This document shows, piece after piece, positions 1 through 13,585 of a stretch of 64,000 nucleotides of DNA. The first letter of the stretch is position 1. Each line of letters starts with the position of its first letter. The notes below the pieces were generated by a model. The model searched no databases. It had not been told where the DNA came from and saw only the letters and a program-made list of their open reading frames with translations. The stretch is from Gemmatimonadaceae bacterium (GTDB taxonomy: Bacteria; Gemmatimonadota; Gemmatimonadetes; Gemmatimonadales; Gemmatimonadaceae), in assembly GCA_031396725.1 (NCBI GenBank), contig JANNLH010000198.1:2685-66684 (forward strand). Reading direction: 5' to 3'. The position numbers and the translations under genes were made by a program.

Positions 1-1
1 G

Positions 2-346
2 GTGGACGACGTGACGGAGACTTGTGGTGAGATCGTCTCCGTCTTCGACGTGCTCGTGCCGTTCCAGTATTCGGAGCAGGATCGGCGCGCGGGTTATTAC
101 TTCGGCAAGGACCGCCGCGGCCAACTCCACAAGGTGCCGCTGATGACGGTCTCGATCGGCGTGGTGACGAACGAGCGCCGGTTGTTCACCCACGCCGGGC
201 AGGTGAGCGAGTTGGCGACAGAGATGAAGAGCTATGCGAAGACGCTCCACGGGTCGGTGTTCTCGGTGGATCGTCGTGGTGACGGACCCGCGGGTGACAC
301 GCCGGCGCCGCCGAGCATCCCCGCCAGCGCGTCGGAGGAGCGTTGA
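2..346 (+). CDS. GGDEF/diguanylate-cyclase-like protein, 3' part only (truncated by window edge)
   Basis: C-terminal GGDEF-type segment 'PLMTVSIGVV...SELATEMKSYAK...GSVF'; the GG(D/E)EF motif itself lies outside the window. Confidence 0.7.
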   Translation: MDDVTETCGEIVSVFDVLVPFQYSEQDRRAGYYFGKDRRGQLHKVPLMTVSIGVVTNERRLFTHAGQVSELATEMKSYAKTLHGSVFSVDRRGDGPAGDTPAPPSIPASASEER

Positions 347-1527
347 ACGTCTCGTGCGTGGAGTGCCAGTCGGTCTTCCGGGTGGATCCGGCGAAGGTGC
401 CCGCCGGCGGCGTGCGTGCGCGCTGCTCGGTCTGCGGCGCGGTGATCCCGATCGGCGCGGAGGCCCCCGTCGCAGCCGGCGCCGCTGGCGCCCAGGGCGC
501 CGCTGGCGCCCAGGGCGCCCAGGGCGCCTGGGAGATCACGCAGCGCGCGGTGTTCGAGTCCGACGCGGCCGCTGCCCCCGATCCGTTCGAGACGCCGACC
601 CCCCGCCGCACGCCGCGCGCTTCGACGCCGGTGCCTCCGCCGGCGCCGCCGGCGCCGCTGGCGCCCCAGGCGACTCGGCCCGTCCCACCGCCGGATGAGG
701 TGCGGCCTCCGCGCGCGACGCCCGCGACGGCATTCGTCATGGGGTCGCGCGCGCCGACCGGTACGCCCGCGCGGCCGTCCTTCCCGAAGCTGACGCCGCC
801 GATCCCCGGAGCCGCGATCCGGCCATCCACGCCGGGGATGTCGGCCGTGCCGACGCCGCCCGTGCCGACACCGCCCGCGCGGTCGGTCGTGCCGCCCGCG
901 ACCCCGCCGTCCGTCTCGCCCGCTCCACGGCCGACGCAATCGCGCCCGCCGCTCATGGTGCCGCCCGTGCGGCATTCCGGCGCGGTCTCCGCGGCCTCGG
1001 TCACGCCGCCGCGACCCCACGCGGCCGCGCCGTTGCCGCCCGCGCGTCCCGCGATGCCGACGCCGGCTCGCCCGCCCGTGCGTCCTCCGATGCCGTCCGC
1101 ACCCGCAGCGACAGCACCGGCGGCCGCACCGCCGGCCGCGCCGCCGGCACCGCCGATCCGCGCGGAGACGCCGAGCGCGGCCATCACGCCGTCGAGCGCG
1201 CCCTCGATGCGCCCGACGACCGCCACGCCGGTGGTGCCGAGCGCGCCGACCGAGGCGAAGCGCTCGATCAATCCCTTCCTCAACAACGACCCGAACCAGA
1301 AGGGACGCCGGCTGGCCCGAGCGCTGGTCTCGGACATGATCGCGTACCAGCCGGACAAGCGCGCCGAGGGACTGCGCGACGGGACGCTCAAGGCGATCTT
1401 CCGTGAGGAGATCAAGAAGAGCTACGAGGAGTACGTGGACCAGATCGGGAAGGAGTTCGCCGACAGCACCACGCACTTCCAGGACGCGCTGAACGAACTC
1501 CTCGCCGGCGGTCAGCGGATCTTCTGA
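343..1527 (+). CDS. MJ0042-type zinc-ribbon protein with long Pro/Ala-rich linker and small C-terminal helical domain
   Basis: TTG start overlapping upstream TGA with GGAGGAG at 334-340; CxxC..CxxC ('CVECQSVFRV...RCSVCG'); ~260 aa Pro-rich linker; C-terminal 'GRRLARALVSDMIAY...EEIKKSYEEY'. Confidence 0.8.
   Translation: MNVSCVECQSVFRVDPAKVPAGGVRARCSVCGAVIPIGAEAPVAAGAAGAQGAAGAQGAQGAWEITQRAVFESDAAAAPDPFETPTPRRTPRASTPVPPPAPPAPLAPQATRPVPPPDEVRPPRATPATAFVMGSRAPTGTPARPSFPKLTPPIPGAAIRPSTPGMSAVPTPPVPTPPARSVVPPATPPSVSPAPRPTQSRPPLMVPPVRHSGAVSAASVTPPRPHAAAPLPPARPAMPTPARPPVRPPMPSAPAATAPAAAPPAAPPAPPIRAETPSAAITPSSAPSMRPTTATPVVPSAPTEAKRSINPFLNNDPNQKGRRLARALVSDMIAYQPDKRAEGLRDGTLKAIFREEIKKSYEEYVDQIGKEFADSTTHFQDALNELLAGGQRIF
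478..528 (+). repeat. In-frame tandem repeat GGCGCCGCTGGCGCCCAG x2 + GGCGCCCAG + GGCGCC (GAAGAQ/GAQ)
   Basis: Read directly from the sequence. Confidence 0.85.
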
Positions 1528-1713
1528 TCGGGACCGCCGTCGTCCTGCGGCGGTACCGCTGGGGTCGCCCGACCCGCTATCTTTCGCGCAGCACGCGAGC
1601 CGTCTCCCTTGGCGTCAACCGGCGGAGCACGGCTCGGCTCGCATCCTGCCTCTGTTGCTTCTCCTGCCGCTTCGCGGCCCGCGCCCGGCGCGGCCGCCCT
1701 CATCCCCGGATCC

Positions 1714-2826
1714 ATGGACGAGTCCTCGCTCCTGAACTCCCTGCAGCTCGACGAGTCGCGGCTCGACGAGCTCCGGAGGTTCCTTTGACCTCGAGCGCAA
1801 GCGCGAGCGCCTGAGCGCGCTCGAGAACGACATGTCGGACGCCGGCTTCTGGAACGCGCAGGAGCGGGCGCGCGAGGTGGTGCAGGAGGTCAAGACACTC
1901 AAGAACTGGATCGATCCCTTCGACAAGCTGCTGGGCCGGATCCAGGGCGCGCACGAGCTGCTGCAGCTGCTCGAGGGGGAATCCGACGCCGGGATGGAGG
2001 CCGAGGTGGCCGCCGAGGTAGTGGCGATCCACGACGAGGTCCGGGCGTTCGAGCTCCGTTCGTTGCTGCAGGGGAGGGACGACTTCCGGGATGCGCAGGT
2101 CGAGATCAGCGCCGGCGCCGGCGGGACCGAGGCGCAGGATTGGGCGCAGATGCTGATGCGGCTCTACACGCGTTGGGCCGAACGGAAGGGCTTCGCGGTG
2201 GACATCATCGACCTCTCCGAGGGCGAGGAGGCGGGCATCAAGGGCGCGGTGCTCGAGATCCGCGGGCTCTATGCGTACGGGTTCCTGCGCCCCGAGACGG
2301 GGGTGCACCGACTCGTCCGCATCTCGCCCTTCGACTCGCAGGCGCGACGGCACACCAGCTTCGCCTCGGTGTTCGTGTATCCGGTCGTGAACGAGGAGAT
2401 CAACATCGAGATCCGCGAGGAGGACCTGCGGATCGACGTCTACCGCGCGTCGGGCGCCGGCGGACAGCACGTGAACAAGACGAGTTCGGCGGTGCGCATC
2501 ACGCACCTTCCGTCGGGCGTCGTGGTGGCCTCGCAGGCCGAGCGGTCGCAGTTCAAGAACAAGGCGACCGCGATGAAGCAGCTGAAGAACCGGCTCTACC
2601 AGATCGAGCTCGACAAGCAGACGGCGGCGAAGGACGCGCTCAACGCGACCAAGGCCGACGTCTCCTTCGGGAGCCAGATCCGCAGTTATGTGTTCCAGCC
2701 GTACACGATGGTCAACGATCACCGCACCGAGCTCAAGCTCACCGACGTGCAGAAGGTGATGGACGGGGCGATCGACCCGTTCATCGAGGCGTACCTCAAG
2801 CAGACCGGCGCCGCCGGGAGGACGTA

Positions 2827-2827
<1 letters not shown>
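1714..2827 (+). CDS. prfB: Peptide chain release factor 2 with programmed +1 frameshift (~370 aa)
   Basis: ATG 1714; 24 codons to CTT TGA C (1783-1789); internal SD CGGAGG 1774-1779; +1 frame from GAC 1787 is continuous with the ORF containing SPF ('RISPFDS') and GGQ ('[10 protein letters not shown]'). Confidence 0.95.
1774..1789 (+). promoter_or_regulatory. prfB +1 ribosomal frameshift cassette (CGGAGG TTC CTT TGA C)
   Basis: Same architecture and 3-nt SD spacing as the classical RF2 site AGGGGG TAT CTT TGA C. Confidence 0.93.
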
Positions 2828-4367
<1,540 letters not shown>

Positions 4368-4371
<4 letters not shown>

Positions 4372-5624
4372 CGACGAGCCGCCTCGAGCTCTCGATCGCC
4401 TGGCGGTACCTGCGCAGCCGGCGCGGCTCGCGGCTGCTCTCGTTCATCAGCGTGATCGCGGTGGCGGGCGTCGTCGTCGGGGTGAGCGCGCTGATCGTGA
4501 TCATCGGCGTGATGAACGGCCTGCAGACGGACCTGCGCGAGAAGATCCTGGTCGGCAGCCCCGACGTGCGGGTGCTGACCTACGGTGACGCGCTGCGCGT
4601 GGACGACTGGCGCACGACGCTGGCCAAGGTGCGCGCGGTGCCCGGGGTCGTGGACGCGGCGCCCTTCGTGATCTCGCAGGGACTCGCGACGGTCGGACGC
4701 GGCTATCACGAGGCGGTCTCGATCGCGGGGATCAGCCCCGGCGACTCCGGGAGCCCGCAGGTGACCAGCATCCGCGACCACGCCACGAGCGGGAACTTCT
4801 CGTTCCGCACCCCGGACGGAAAGCAGCGCGGCGCGGTCGTCGGCCGGCTGCTCGCCGAACGCCTCAACGCCTTCCCGGGCGCGAAGCTGACGGTCATCTC
4901 GGCGGCGGGGAGCGCGGTCAGTCCGCTCTTCGGCGGCGTGATCCCGCGCTTCCTCGAGTACGAGGTCACCGGCATCTTCGAGACCGGGATGTACGAGTAC
5001 GACAATGCGTACGTCTATCTCGACCTCGGCGCGGCGCAGGAGTTCGCCGGCCTCGACAGCGCGGTGACGGGGATCGAGGTGCGGACGACCGACCGCTGGG
5101 CGGCCCCCGACGTCGCGGTCCGCATCGACACGGCCCTCGGCTTCCCGTACCGCACGATGGACTGGCAGCAGCAGAACAGCTCGCTCTTCCGCGCGCTCAA
5201 GCTCGAGAAGCTCGGCATGGCGGTGATCCTGGCACTGATCATCATGGTCGCCGCGTTCAACATCGTGAGCACCCTGACGATGGTGGTGCGCGACAAGACG
5301 CGCGAGATCGGGATCCTCAAGGCGATGGGGATGCGCCCGGATTCGATCCGGCGGATCTTCCTCCTGCAGGGGGCGTTCATCGGCATCGTCGGGACGGGCA
5401 CCGGGCTCGCCCTGGGGTTGGCGACGGGGTACGCGCTGGAGCACTGGAAGCTGATCGCGCTCGACCCGTCGGTGTACTTCATCGACCACCTGCCCGTGCA
5501 GCTGCAGGTCTGGGACGTCGCGCTGATCGTGCTGCTGAGCATCGTGGTGGCGATCGTGGCGACGCTCCATCCGGCCGCGTCGGCCGCCCGCCTCTACCCG
5601 ATCGAGGCCATCCGGTCCGAATGA
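4368..5624 (+). CDS. lolC/E: LolC/LolE-family lipoprotein-releasing ABC transporter permease
   Basis: ATGA overlap; '[10 protein letters not shown]...[27 protein letters not shown]', '[26 protein letters not shown]'. Confidence 0.9.
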
Positions 5625-6340
5625 CGATGCCGATCGGCGGGGTCCCGGTGCTGGAGGCGACCGGCGTGGTGAAGGGGTACCGCGGCGGGGACGGCGGCGC
5701 GATCCGCGTGCTGGAGGGCGTCGACCTGACCGTCTCGCCCGGAGAGATGGTGGCGGTGATCGGCGCGAGCGGCGCCGGCAAGAGCACCTTCCTGCACGTG
5801 CTCGGCGCGCTCGAGCGGCCCGACGCGGGCACCGTCACGCTCGCCGGCGAGCCGACGGCCGGGGCGAGCGACGAGGCGCTGGCGGAACTCCGGAACCGGG
5901 CGGTGGGATTCGTCTTCCAGTTCCACCATCTCCTGAAGGAGTTCTCGGCGCTGGAGAACGTGATGATGCCGCTGCGGATCGCGAACATGCCGCTGCACGA
6001 TGCGCGGGCGAGGGCCGAGGCGCTGCTGGAGCGCGTCGGGCTCTCGTCGCGCCGCCATCACCGCCCCTCGGAGCTCTCGGGCGGCGAACAGCAGCGCGCG
6101 GCCGTCGCGCGGGCGCTCGCCGCGGCACCGCCGTTGCTGCTGGCGGACGAGCCGTCGGGGAACCTCGACCATCAGAACGCCGAGCGGCTGCACGACCTGT
6201 TCGCGGAACTCACCGGGGAGATGCGGGTGGGGCTGGTGGTGGTGACCCACAACCGGTCGCTCGCGGCGCGCGCGGCGCGCGTGCTCCATCTCGAGGACGG
6301 CCGGCTCCATCCGGCGGCGCCGTCGGACGGGGGCGTCTGA
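5621..6340 (+). CDS. lolD: Lipoprotein-releasing ABC transporter ATPase
   Basis: Walker A GASGAGKST, 'GFVFQFHHLL', 'ELSGGEQQR', 'LLADEPSGNLD'; follows lolC/E. Confidence 0.9.
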   Translation: MTMPIGGVPVLEATGVVKGYRGGDGGAIRVLEGVDLTVSPGEMVAVIGASGAGKSTFLHVLGALERPDAGTVTLAGEPTAGASDEALAELRNRAVGFVFQFHHLLKEFSALENVMMPLRIANMPLHDARARAEALLERVGLSSRRHHRPSELSGGEQQRAAVARALAAAPPLLLADEPSGNLDHQNAERLHDLFAELTGEMRVGLVVVTHNRSLAARAARVLHLEDGRLHPAAPSDGGV

Positions 6341-6825
6341 TGGTCTGCGACCAGTGCCGCGAGCGCGATGCGATCGTGCACCTCACGCAGATCATCGAGG
6401 GGGCCGTCTCGCAGGTGCACCTCTGCGAGAAGTGCGCGGCGGAGCGCGGCATCGAGACGACCGTCGCGGTGCCGAAGCATCCGCTCGGGGACTTCCTGCA
6501 GGCGGTGCAGCAGCAGGCGGCGCAGATGCCGGGCGACGCGGCCCGCTGCGCCTACTGCGGCACCTCGCTGCGCGACTTCCGCGCGAGCGGGCGGCTCGGG
6601 TGCGCGCACTGCTACGGCGCGTTCGAGCAGAGCCTGCGCGAGCTGCTGCGCCGCGTCCATGGCGGCACGCGGCACGAGGGATGGCGCTACGAGTCGGGCG
6701 ATCCCGAACTGCTGCAGCGCGACCTGCAGCTGCACGACCTGCGGCGGCGCCTGCAACAGGCGATCGACGACGAAGCGTTCGAGTCCGCGGCGACCCTGCG
6801 CGACCAGATCCGGGGGCTCGAGTGA
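6340..6825 (+). CDS. mcsA: McsA-like protein (CxxC motifs + UVR domain), arginine kinase activator
   Basis: CDQC, CEKC, CAYC, 'GRLGCAHCYGAF', C-terminal UVR 'FESAATLRDQI'. Confidence 0.9.
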   Translation: MVCDQCRERDAIVHLTQIIEGAVSQVHLCEKCAAERGIETTVAVPKHPLGDFLQAVQQQAAQMPGDAARCAYCGTSLRDFRASGRLGCAHCYGAFEQSLRELLRRVHGGTRHEGWRYESGDPELLQRDLQLHDLRRRLQQAIDDEAFESAATLRDQIRGLE

Positions 6826-7907
6826 CGCTGGACCTTTCGCTGCTGCCCGATGGCGGGCTCCACTGGCTGACCGCCTCGGGGGAGCACGCCGGGATCGTGC
6901 TCTCCTCGCGCATCCGCCTCGCGCGGAACCTCGCGGGCTACGCGTTCCCGACGCGGGCGCGCGAGGGCGAGCGCCTGCGGGTGCTGCACCAGCTGCGCGA
7001 CGTGTCGGCGCGGATCCCGACGCTCCGCGATGCTGCGTTCGTGCGCGTGGACGAGTGCTCGGCGCAGGAGCGGCTGTTGCTCCACGAACGCCACCTCGTC
7101 AGTCGTGAGTTGGCGGGGCTTGAGCAGCCGGTGGCCGGTCCGGGCGCGGGCGCCGTGTTCGTGACGGGCGACGCCGGCTTGATGGTGAACGAGGAGGATC
7201 ATCTCCGGCTGCAGGTCTTCCGGTCGGGCTTCGACGTGCCGGGCGCGTTGCGGCAGGCCGAGCAGATGGACCGGGAGCTGGGGCGCGAGCTGCCGTATGC
7301 GTGGCACCCCGAGTTCGGGTTCCTGACCGCCTGCCCGACGAACACGGGCACCGGGATGCGGGCCTCGGTCCTGATCCACCTGCCCGGGCTGGTGCTGACG
7401 CAGGAGATCGGCAAGGTGCTGCAGGGCCTGCAGCACATGGGGCTCACCTACCGCGGGCTGTACGGGGAGGGGAGCGATGTGCTCGGGAACTTCTTCCAGA
7501 TCTCGAACCAGACGACACTGGGGCGGTCGGAGGACGAACTGGCGGACCAGCTGGTGCGGGTCGTCCGGCGCGTGATCGAGCGGGAGGAGGAGGCGCGGCG
7601 TGTCCTGTTGCGCGACGCCGGTTATATTATCGAGGACAAGCTGTGGCGGGCATACGGCACCTTGCGGCACGCGCGCAACCTGCCGGCGGATGAAGCGATG
7701 AATCTGCTGAGTGGCGTCCGGTTGGCCGCGGGGCTGAACCTGTTCTCCGGGCTCAGTGTATACACGCTCAACAAGCTCCTGATATTCAGCCAGTCGGCGC
7801 ACCTGTCGCAGATGGAAGGACGGGTGCTGACCGATGGCGAGGCGAACCTGGTGCGGGCGCGCTACGTGCGCCAGGTACTCGCCCACGAGGCCAGCCTGCC
7901 CGGATGA
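6822..7907 (+). CDS. mcsB: Protein arginine kinase
   Basis: GTGA overlap; 'SSRIRLARN', 'MVNEEDHLR', 'GFLTACPTNTGTGMRAS', 'QISNQTTLG'. Confidence 0.92.
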   Translation: MTLDLSLLPDGGLHWLTASGEHAGIVLSSRIRLARNLAGYAFPTRAREGERLRVLHQLRDVSARIPTLRDAAFVRVDECSAQERLLLHERHLVSRELAGLEQPVAGPGAGAVFVTGDAGLMVNEEDHLRLQVFRSGFDVPGALRQAEQMDRELGRELPYAWHPEFGFLTACPTNTGTGMRASVLIHLPGLVLTQEIGKVLQGLQHMGLTYRGLYGEGSDVLGNFFQISNQTTLGRSEDELADQLVRVVRRVIEREEEARRVLLRDAGYIIEDKLWRAYGTLRHARNLPADEAMNLLSGVRLAAGLNLFSGLSVYTLNKLLIFSQSAHLSQMEGRVLTDGEANLVRARYVRQVLAHEASLPG

Positions 7908-7936
7908 CCCCCGGGGGGGCAGAGTCGAGGCGACGG

Positions 7937-10429
<2,493 letters not shown>

Positions 10430-10453
10430 CCGCCGCCAGCACCCCCTGAACCG

Positions 10454-10492
10454 GGGGCCGGACAGGATTCCTCGATGAACCTGTCCGGCCCC
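10454..10492 (+). terminator. Strong GC hairpin between clpC and bamA (13-bp perfect stem), no U-tract
   Basis: GGGGCCGGACAGG (10454-10466) pairs with CCTGTCCGGCCCC (10480-10492). Confidence 0.55.
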
Positions 10493-10512
10493 GGCCCGTG
10501 TATATTCTTCCC

Positions 10513-12930
10513 ATGCATCGTGTTCCAGTGGTCGCGCTCGCCATCTTCCTGGCGGTCGCACCCGCGCCAGCCCTGGCCCAAACGGCCGAAACGGGCCGCT
10601 GTCTCGCTCCGGACTCGCTCGACGTCCGGGGCGCGTCGCGCGTGTCCCGCGAGTCGGTGATCGCGACCTCGGGGTTCGTGCCGAAGGACACGCTCGACTT
10701 CCCGCGGATCCAGCGCGCCATCCGCGACCTCTTCGCGACCGGTGACTTCGACAGCGTCGAGATCACCTGCGGCGTGGAGACCGGCGGCCCACTCACGGTG
10801 CTCCAGATCGACGTCAAGGAGCGGACGCTGCTCGGCCAGGTCCGGGTCGTCGGTCCGCGTGAGATCCCGACGCGAACGGTCGAGGACAAGGTCGACCTGC
10901 TGATCGGGCGCCCGGTGGATCCCGCGGCCATCTCGCGGTCGATCCGCCGGATCGACTCCCTGTACCAGTCCAAGGGCTACTACCTGGCCCGGGTCCGCCC
11001 CGAGAGCGCCCTCGCCAACGACCGCCTCGACCTCACCTTCCGGGTGGACGAAGGGCGCCGGCTCGCGATCTCCGGCATCCGGGTGGACGGCAACACCGAG
11101 GTCTCGGACAAGGAGATCGTGGATGCGATGAAGGTGAAGCCGGAGGGATTCCTCTGGTTCCGGAAGGGCGCCTTCGACGAGGACAAGTACGCGACCGACC
11201 TCGGGGAGAACATCCCGAAACTCTTCGCGCAGCGCGGATTCGTGGACTTCCAGCTCGACCGCGACACCCTGCTGGTGGACCGGGAGAACGGCAAGGCGCT
11301 GATCCAGCTCGATGTCCGCGAGGGACCGCAGTACAGGGTCTCGGGCTTCGAGGTCGTGGGGAATCGCCGATTCTCGGCCGAGCAGCTCGCGGCCTACTAT
11401 CCGTTCACCGACCGCGCGCCCTCGCTGACCGAGCGCGTGCGCGGCATCGTGAAGCGCCGCGCGCCGGCGACGAACGTCTTCGACCGCACCCGCTGGGAGG
11501 AGGCGACCCAGCAGGTCGGGACGCTCTACAGCAACGAGGGCTACATCTACGCGCAGGTCCGGCCGGTGGTGGAACGCGACCCCGGCGATTCGGCGACCGT
11601 GCACCTCCGCTGGGACATCGTCGAGGACTTCCCGGCCATCATCAACCGGATCGACATCCTCGGCAACGACTATACGGTCGAGCAGTGCATCCGCGACCAG
11701 CTCGTCATCATCCCGGGGGACGTCTTCAACCAGGACCGGCTGATCCGCAGCTACCAGGGGATCGCGAATCTCGGCTTCTTCGAGACGCCGCTGCCGTTCC
11801 CCGACACGCGCCAGGCCAACGAGCAGAAGGACATCGACATCATCTTCCGCGTGAAGGAGAAGCGCACCGGGAACGTGAACTTCGGCGCGTCGATGGGGCA
11901 GGGCACCGGGCTCGGCGGCTTCATCGGCCTCGAGCAGCCGAATCTCTTCGGCAAGTGCAAGCGCGGCAACATCCAGTGGCAGTTCGGCCGCTACATCAAC
12001 GACTTCAACGCCTCGTACACGGACCCCGGCATCCGCGGGTCGCTCGTGTCGGGGACGATCACGGGGTACCGGTCGCAGGCGCGCTTCCGCATCGCGGACC
12101 TCGGCCGCACGACCCGCACCGGCGGCTCGCTGCGCGCGGGCTTCCCGTTCCCCGGCTCGCGCTTCACCCGCATCTTCGCCTCGTACGGGCTCGAGTCGGT
12201 GCGCTACGGCACCGACGGCCTGCTCGGCAACGTGACCACGAACCAGTGCCGCGGCTGTCTCCGCAGCACCTTCGGGGTCGACGTCACGCGCGACACGCGC
12301 GTGGACATGCCGTTCGCCACCGACGGCAAGCTCCAGACGATCAGCGCGCAGTTCAACGGCGGACCGCTCGGCGGCACGGCGACCTTCCAGCGCTACACGG
12401 CGGAGTACAAGAACTACACGCTGCTCGCGCGCCTCGGCGGCTCGAAGCCGGGCTCGCAGCCGCTGCGCCTGACCTTCGGCCTCACCGGCCGCACGGGCAT
12501 CGTCGCCGGCGACCCCGGTGACTTCTTCTGGTCGCAGCAGTTCTCGCTCGGCGGCGTGCAGTTCGGCGAGATGCTGCGCGGCTACCCCGAGTTCTCGATC
12601 ACGCCGCGCGGCTTCACGAGCAACACCGGCACGTACAACGCACAGCGCGAGTCCTTCGGCAGCGCCTTCTTCGCCTCGACGGCGGAGCTCGGCCTGCGGT
12701 TCAACCAGTCCGTCTACATCAGCATGTTCTACGATGCCGGCAACCTCTGGGCGCGCCCGCGGGACTTCGATCCCACGCGGCTCTTCCGCGGCGCCGGCCT
12801 CGGTGTCTCCACCATCACGCCGCTCGGTCCGCTCGGGATCGACTATGCGTATGGCTTCGATCGCCGCGATGCGCTCGGCCGCCCGGATCCCCGGTGGCAG
12901 CTGCACTTCCGGCTTGGCCAGATCTTCTAA
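10513..12930 (+). CDS. bamA: Outer membrane protein assembly factor BamA
   Basis: Signal peptide, POTRA-like repeats, barrel with 'ELGLRFN', 'GAGLGV...TPLGPLGIDYAYG', C-terminal 'LGQIF'; start may instead be GTG 10498. Confidence 0.92.
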   Translation: MHRVPVVALAIFLAVAPAPALAQTAETGRCLAPDSLDVRGASRVSRESVIATSGFVPKDTLDFPRIQRAIRDLFATGDFDSVEITCGVETGGPLTVLQIDVKERTLLGQVRVVGPREIPTRTVEDKVDLLIGRPVDPAAISRSIRRIDSLYQSKGYYLARVRPESALANDRLDLTFRVDEGRRLAISGIRVDGNTEVSDKEIVDAMKVKPEGFLWFRKGAFDEDKYATDLGENIPKLFAQRGFVDFQLDRDTLLVDRENGKALIQLDVREGPQYRVSGFEVVGNRRFSAEQLAAYYPFTDRAPSLTERVRGIVKRRAPATNVFDRTRWEEATQQVGTLYSNEGYIYAQVRPVVERDPGDSATVHLRWDIVEDFPAIINRIDILGNDYTVEQCIRDQLVIIPGDVFNQDRLIRSYQGIANLGFFETPLPFPDTRQANEQKDIDIIFRVKEKRTGNVNFGASMGQGTGLGGFIGLEQPNLFGKCKRGNIQWQFGRYINDFNASYTDPGIRGSLVSGTITGYRSQARFRIADLGRTTRTGGSLRAGFPFPGSRFTRIFASYGLESVRYGTDGLLGNVTTNQCRGCLRSTFGVDVTRDTRVDMPFATDGKLQTISAQFNGGPLGGTATFQRYTAEYKNYTLLARLGGSKPGSQPLRLTFGLTGRTGIVAGDPGDFFWSQQFSLGGVQFGEMLRGYPEFSITPRGFTSNTGTYNAQRESFGSAFFASTAELGLRFNQSVYISMFYDAGNLWARPRDFDPTRLFRGAGLGVSTITPLGPLGIDYAYGFDRRDALGRPDPRWQLHFRLGQIF

Positions 12931-12943
12931 ACCCGGAGTTTCG

Positions 12944-13558
12944 ATGCTCGTCCGTGCCCGCGGCCTCCTCGCCGCTCTCGTCCTCCTCGCCGTCGCCTCG
13001 CCGCTCGCGGCGCAGCAGAAGTTCGGATTCGTCGACAGCCGCAAGATCATGCAGGAGATCCCGGGGCGCCCGGCGGCCGAGGCGGCCCTGCGCACCGAGA
13101 TCGAGCGGCTCGGCGTGCGCGAGAAGCGGATGGTGGACTCGCTGAACGTGCTGATGAGCGCGTTCGAGCGCGACTCGTCCAAGCTCACGCAGCCGGAGCG
13201 CGTTGCGCGCTTCACCGCGATGCAGCAGTTCGACGCGCTCTACCGTGACACGCTCGAGGCGCTGCAGGCCGAGGCCCAGCAGAAGCAGGGCGAGGCGATG
13301 GCGCCGCTCTTCGACCAGATCCGGCTCGCGCTCGAGGACATCCGGCAGGCCGAGGGCTATGCGATGATCTTCGACGTCGGCGGCCAGGTGAACCCGATCG
13401 TCGCGATGGACAAGAACCTCGACCTCTCGGACCGTGTGATCGCCCGCATCCGGACGATGCCGCCTCCGCGTCCCGCGACCACGGCCCCGGCCGCTGCCGC
13501 ACCGCCGCGCCCCGCCGGCCCGGTCTCCGCACCGGCCGGCGTGACGCGCAAGCCGTAA
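12944..13558 (+). CDS. skp: OmpH/Skp periplasmic chaperone
   Basis: Signal peptide, 'KFGFVDSRKI', 'EGYAMIFD...DLSDRVIARI'; between bamA and lpxD; GGAG SD. Confidence 0.85.
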   Translation: MLVRARGLLAALVLLAVASPLAAQQKFGFVDSRKIMQEIPGRPAAEAALRTEIERLGVREKRMVDSLNVLMSAFERDSSKLTQPERVARFTAMQQFDALYRDTLEALQAEAQQKQGEAMAPLFDQIRLALEDIRQAEGYAMIFDVGGQVNPIVAMDKNLDLSDRVIARIRTMPPPRPATTAPAAAAPPRPAGPVSAPAGVTRKP

Positions 13559-13585
13559 GCGCCGGACATCGGTCTCCCACCCCCG

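Noticed and set aside
1531-1557. Hairpin ACCGCCG/CGGCGGT after the zinc-ribbon gene as a terminator
   Set aside because: A 7-bp GC stem without a U-tract is expected by chance at this GC content.
2140-2826. ORF-track N-terminal extensions of lysS, lolC/E, mcsB, skp, lpxA, murJ, gpsA, MerR, pcm, kdsC, lptC, trpG and others
   Set aside because: They overlap the upstream gene in another frame. True starts were reassigned to the ATGA/GTGA-coupled codons where family homology begins.
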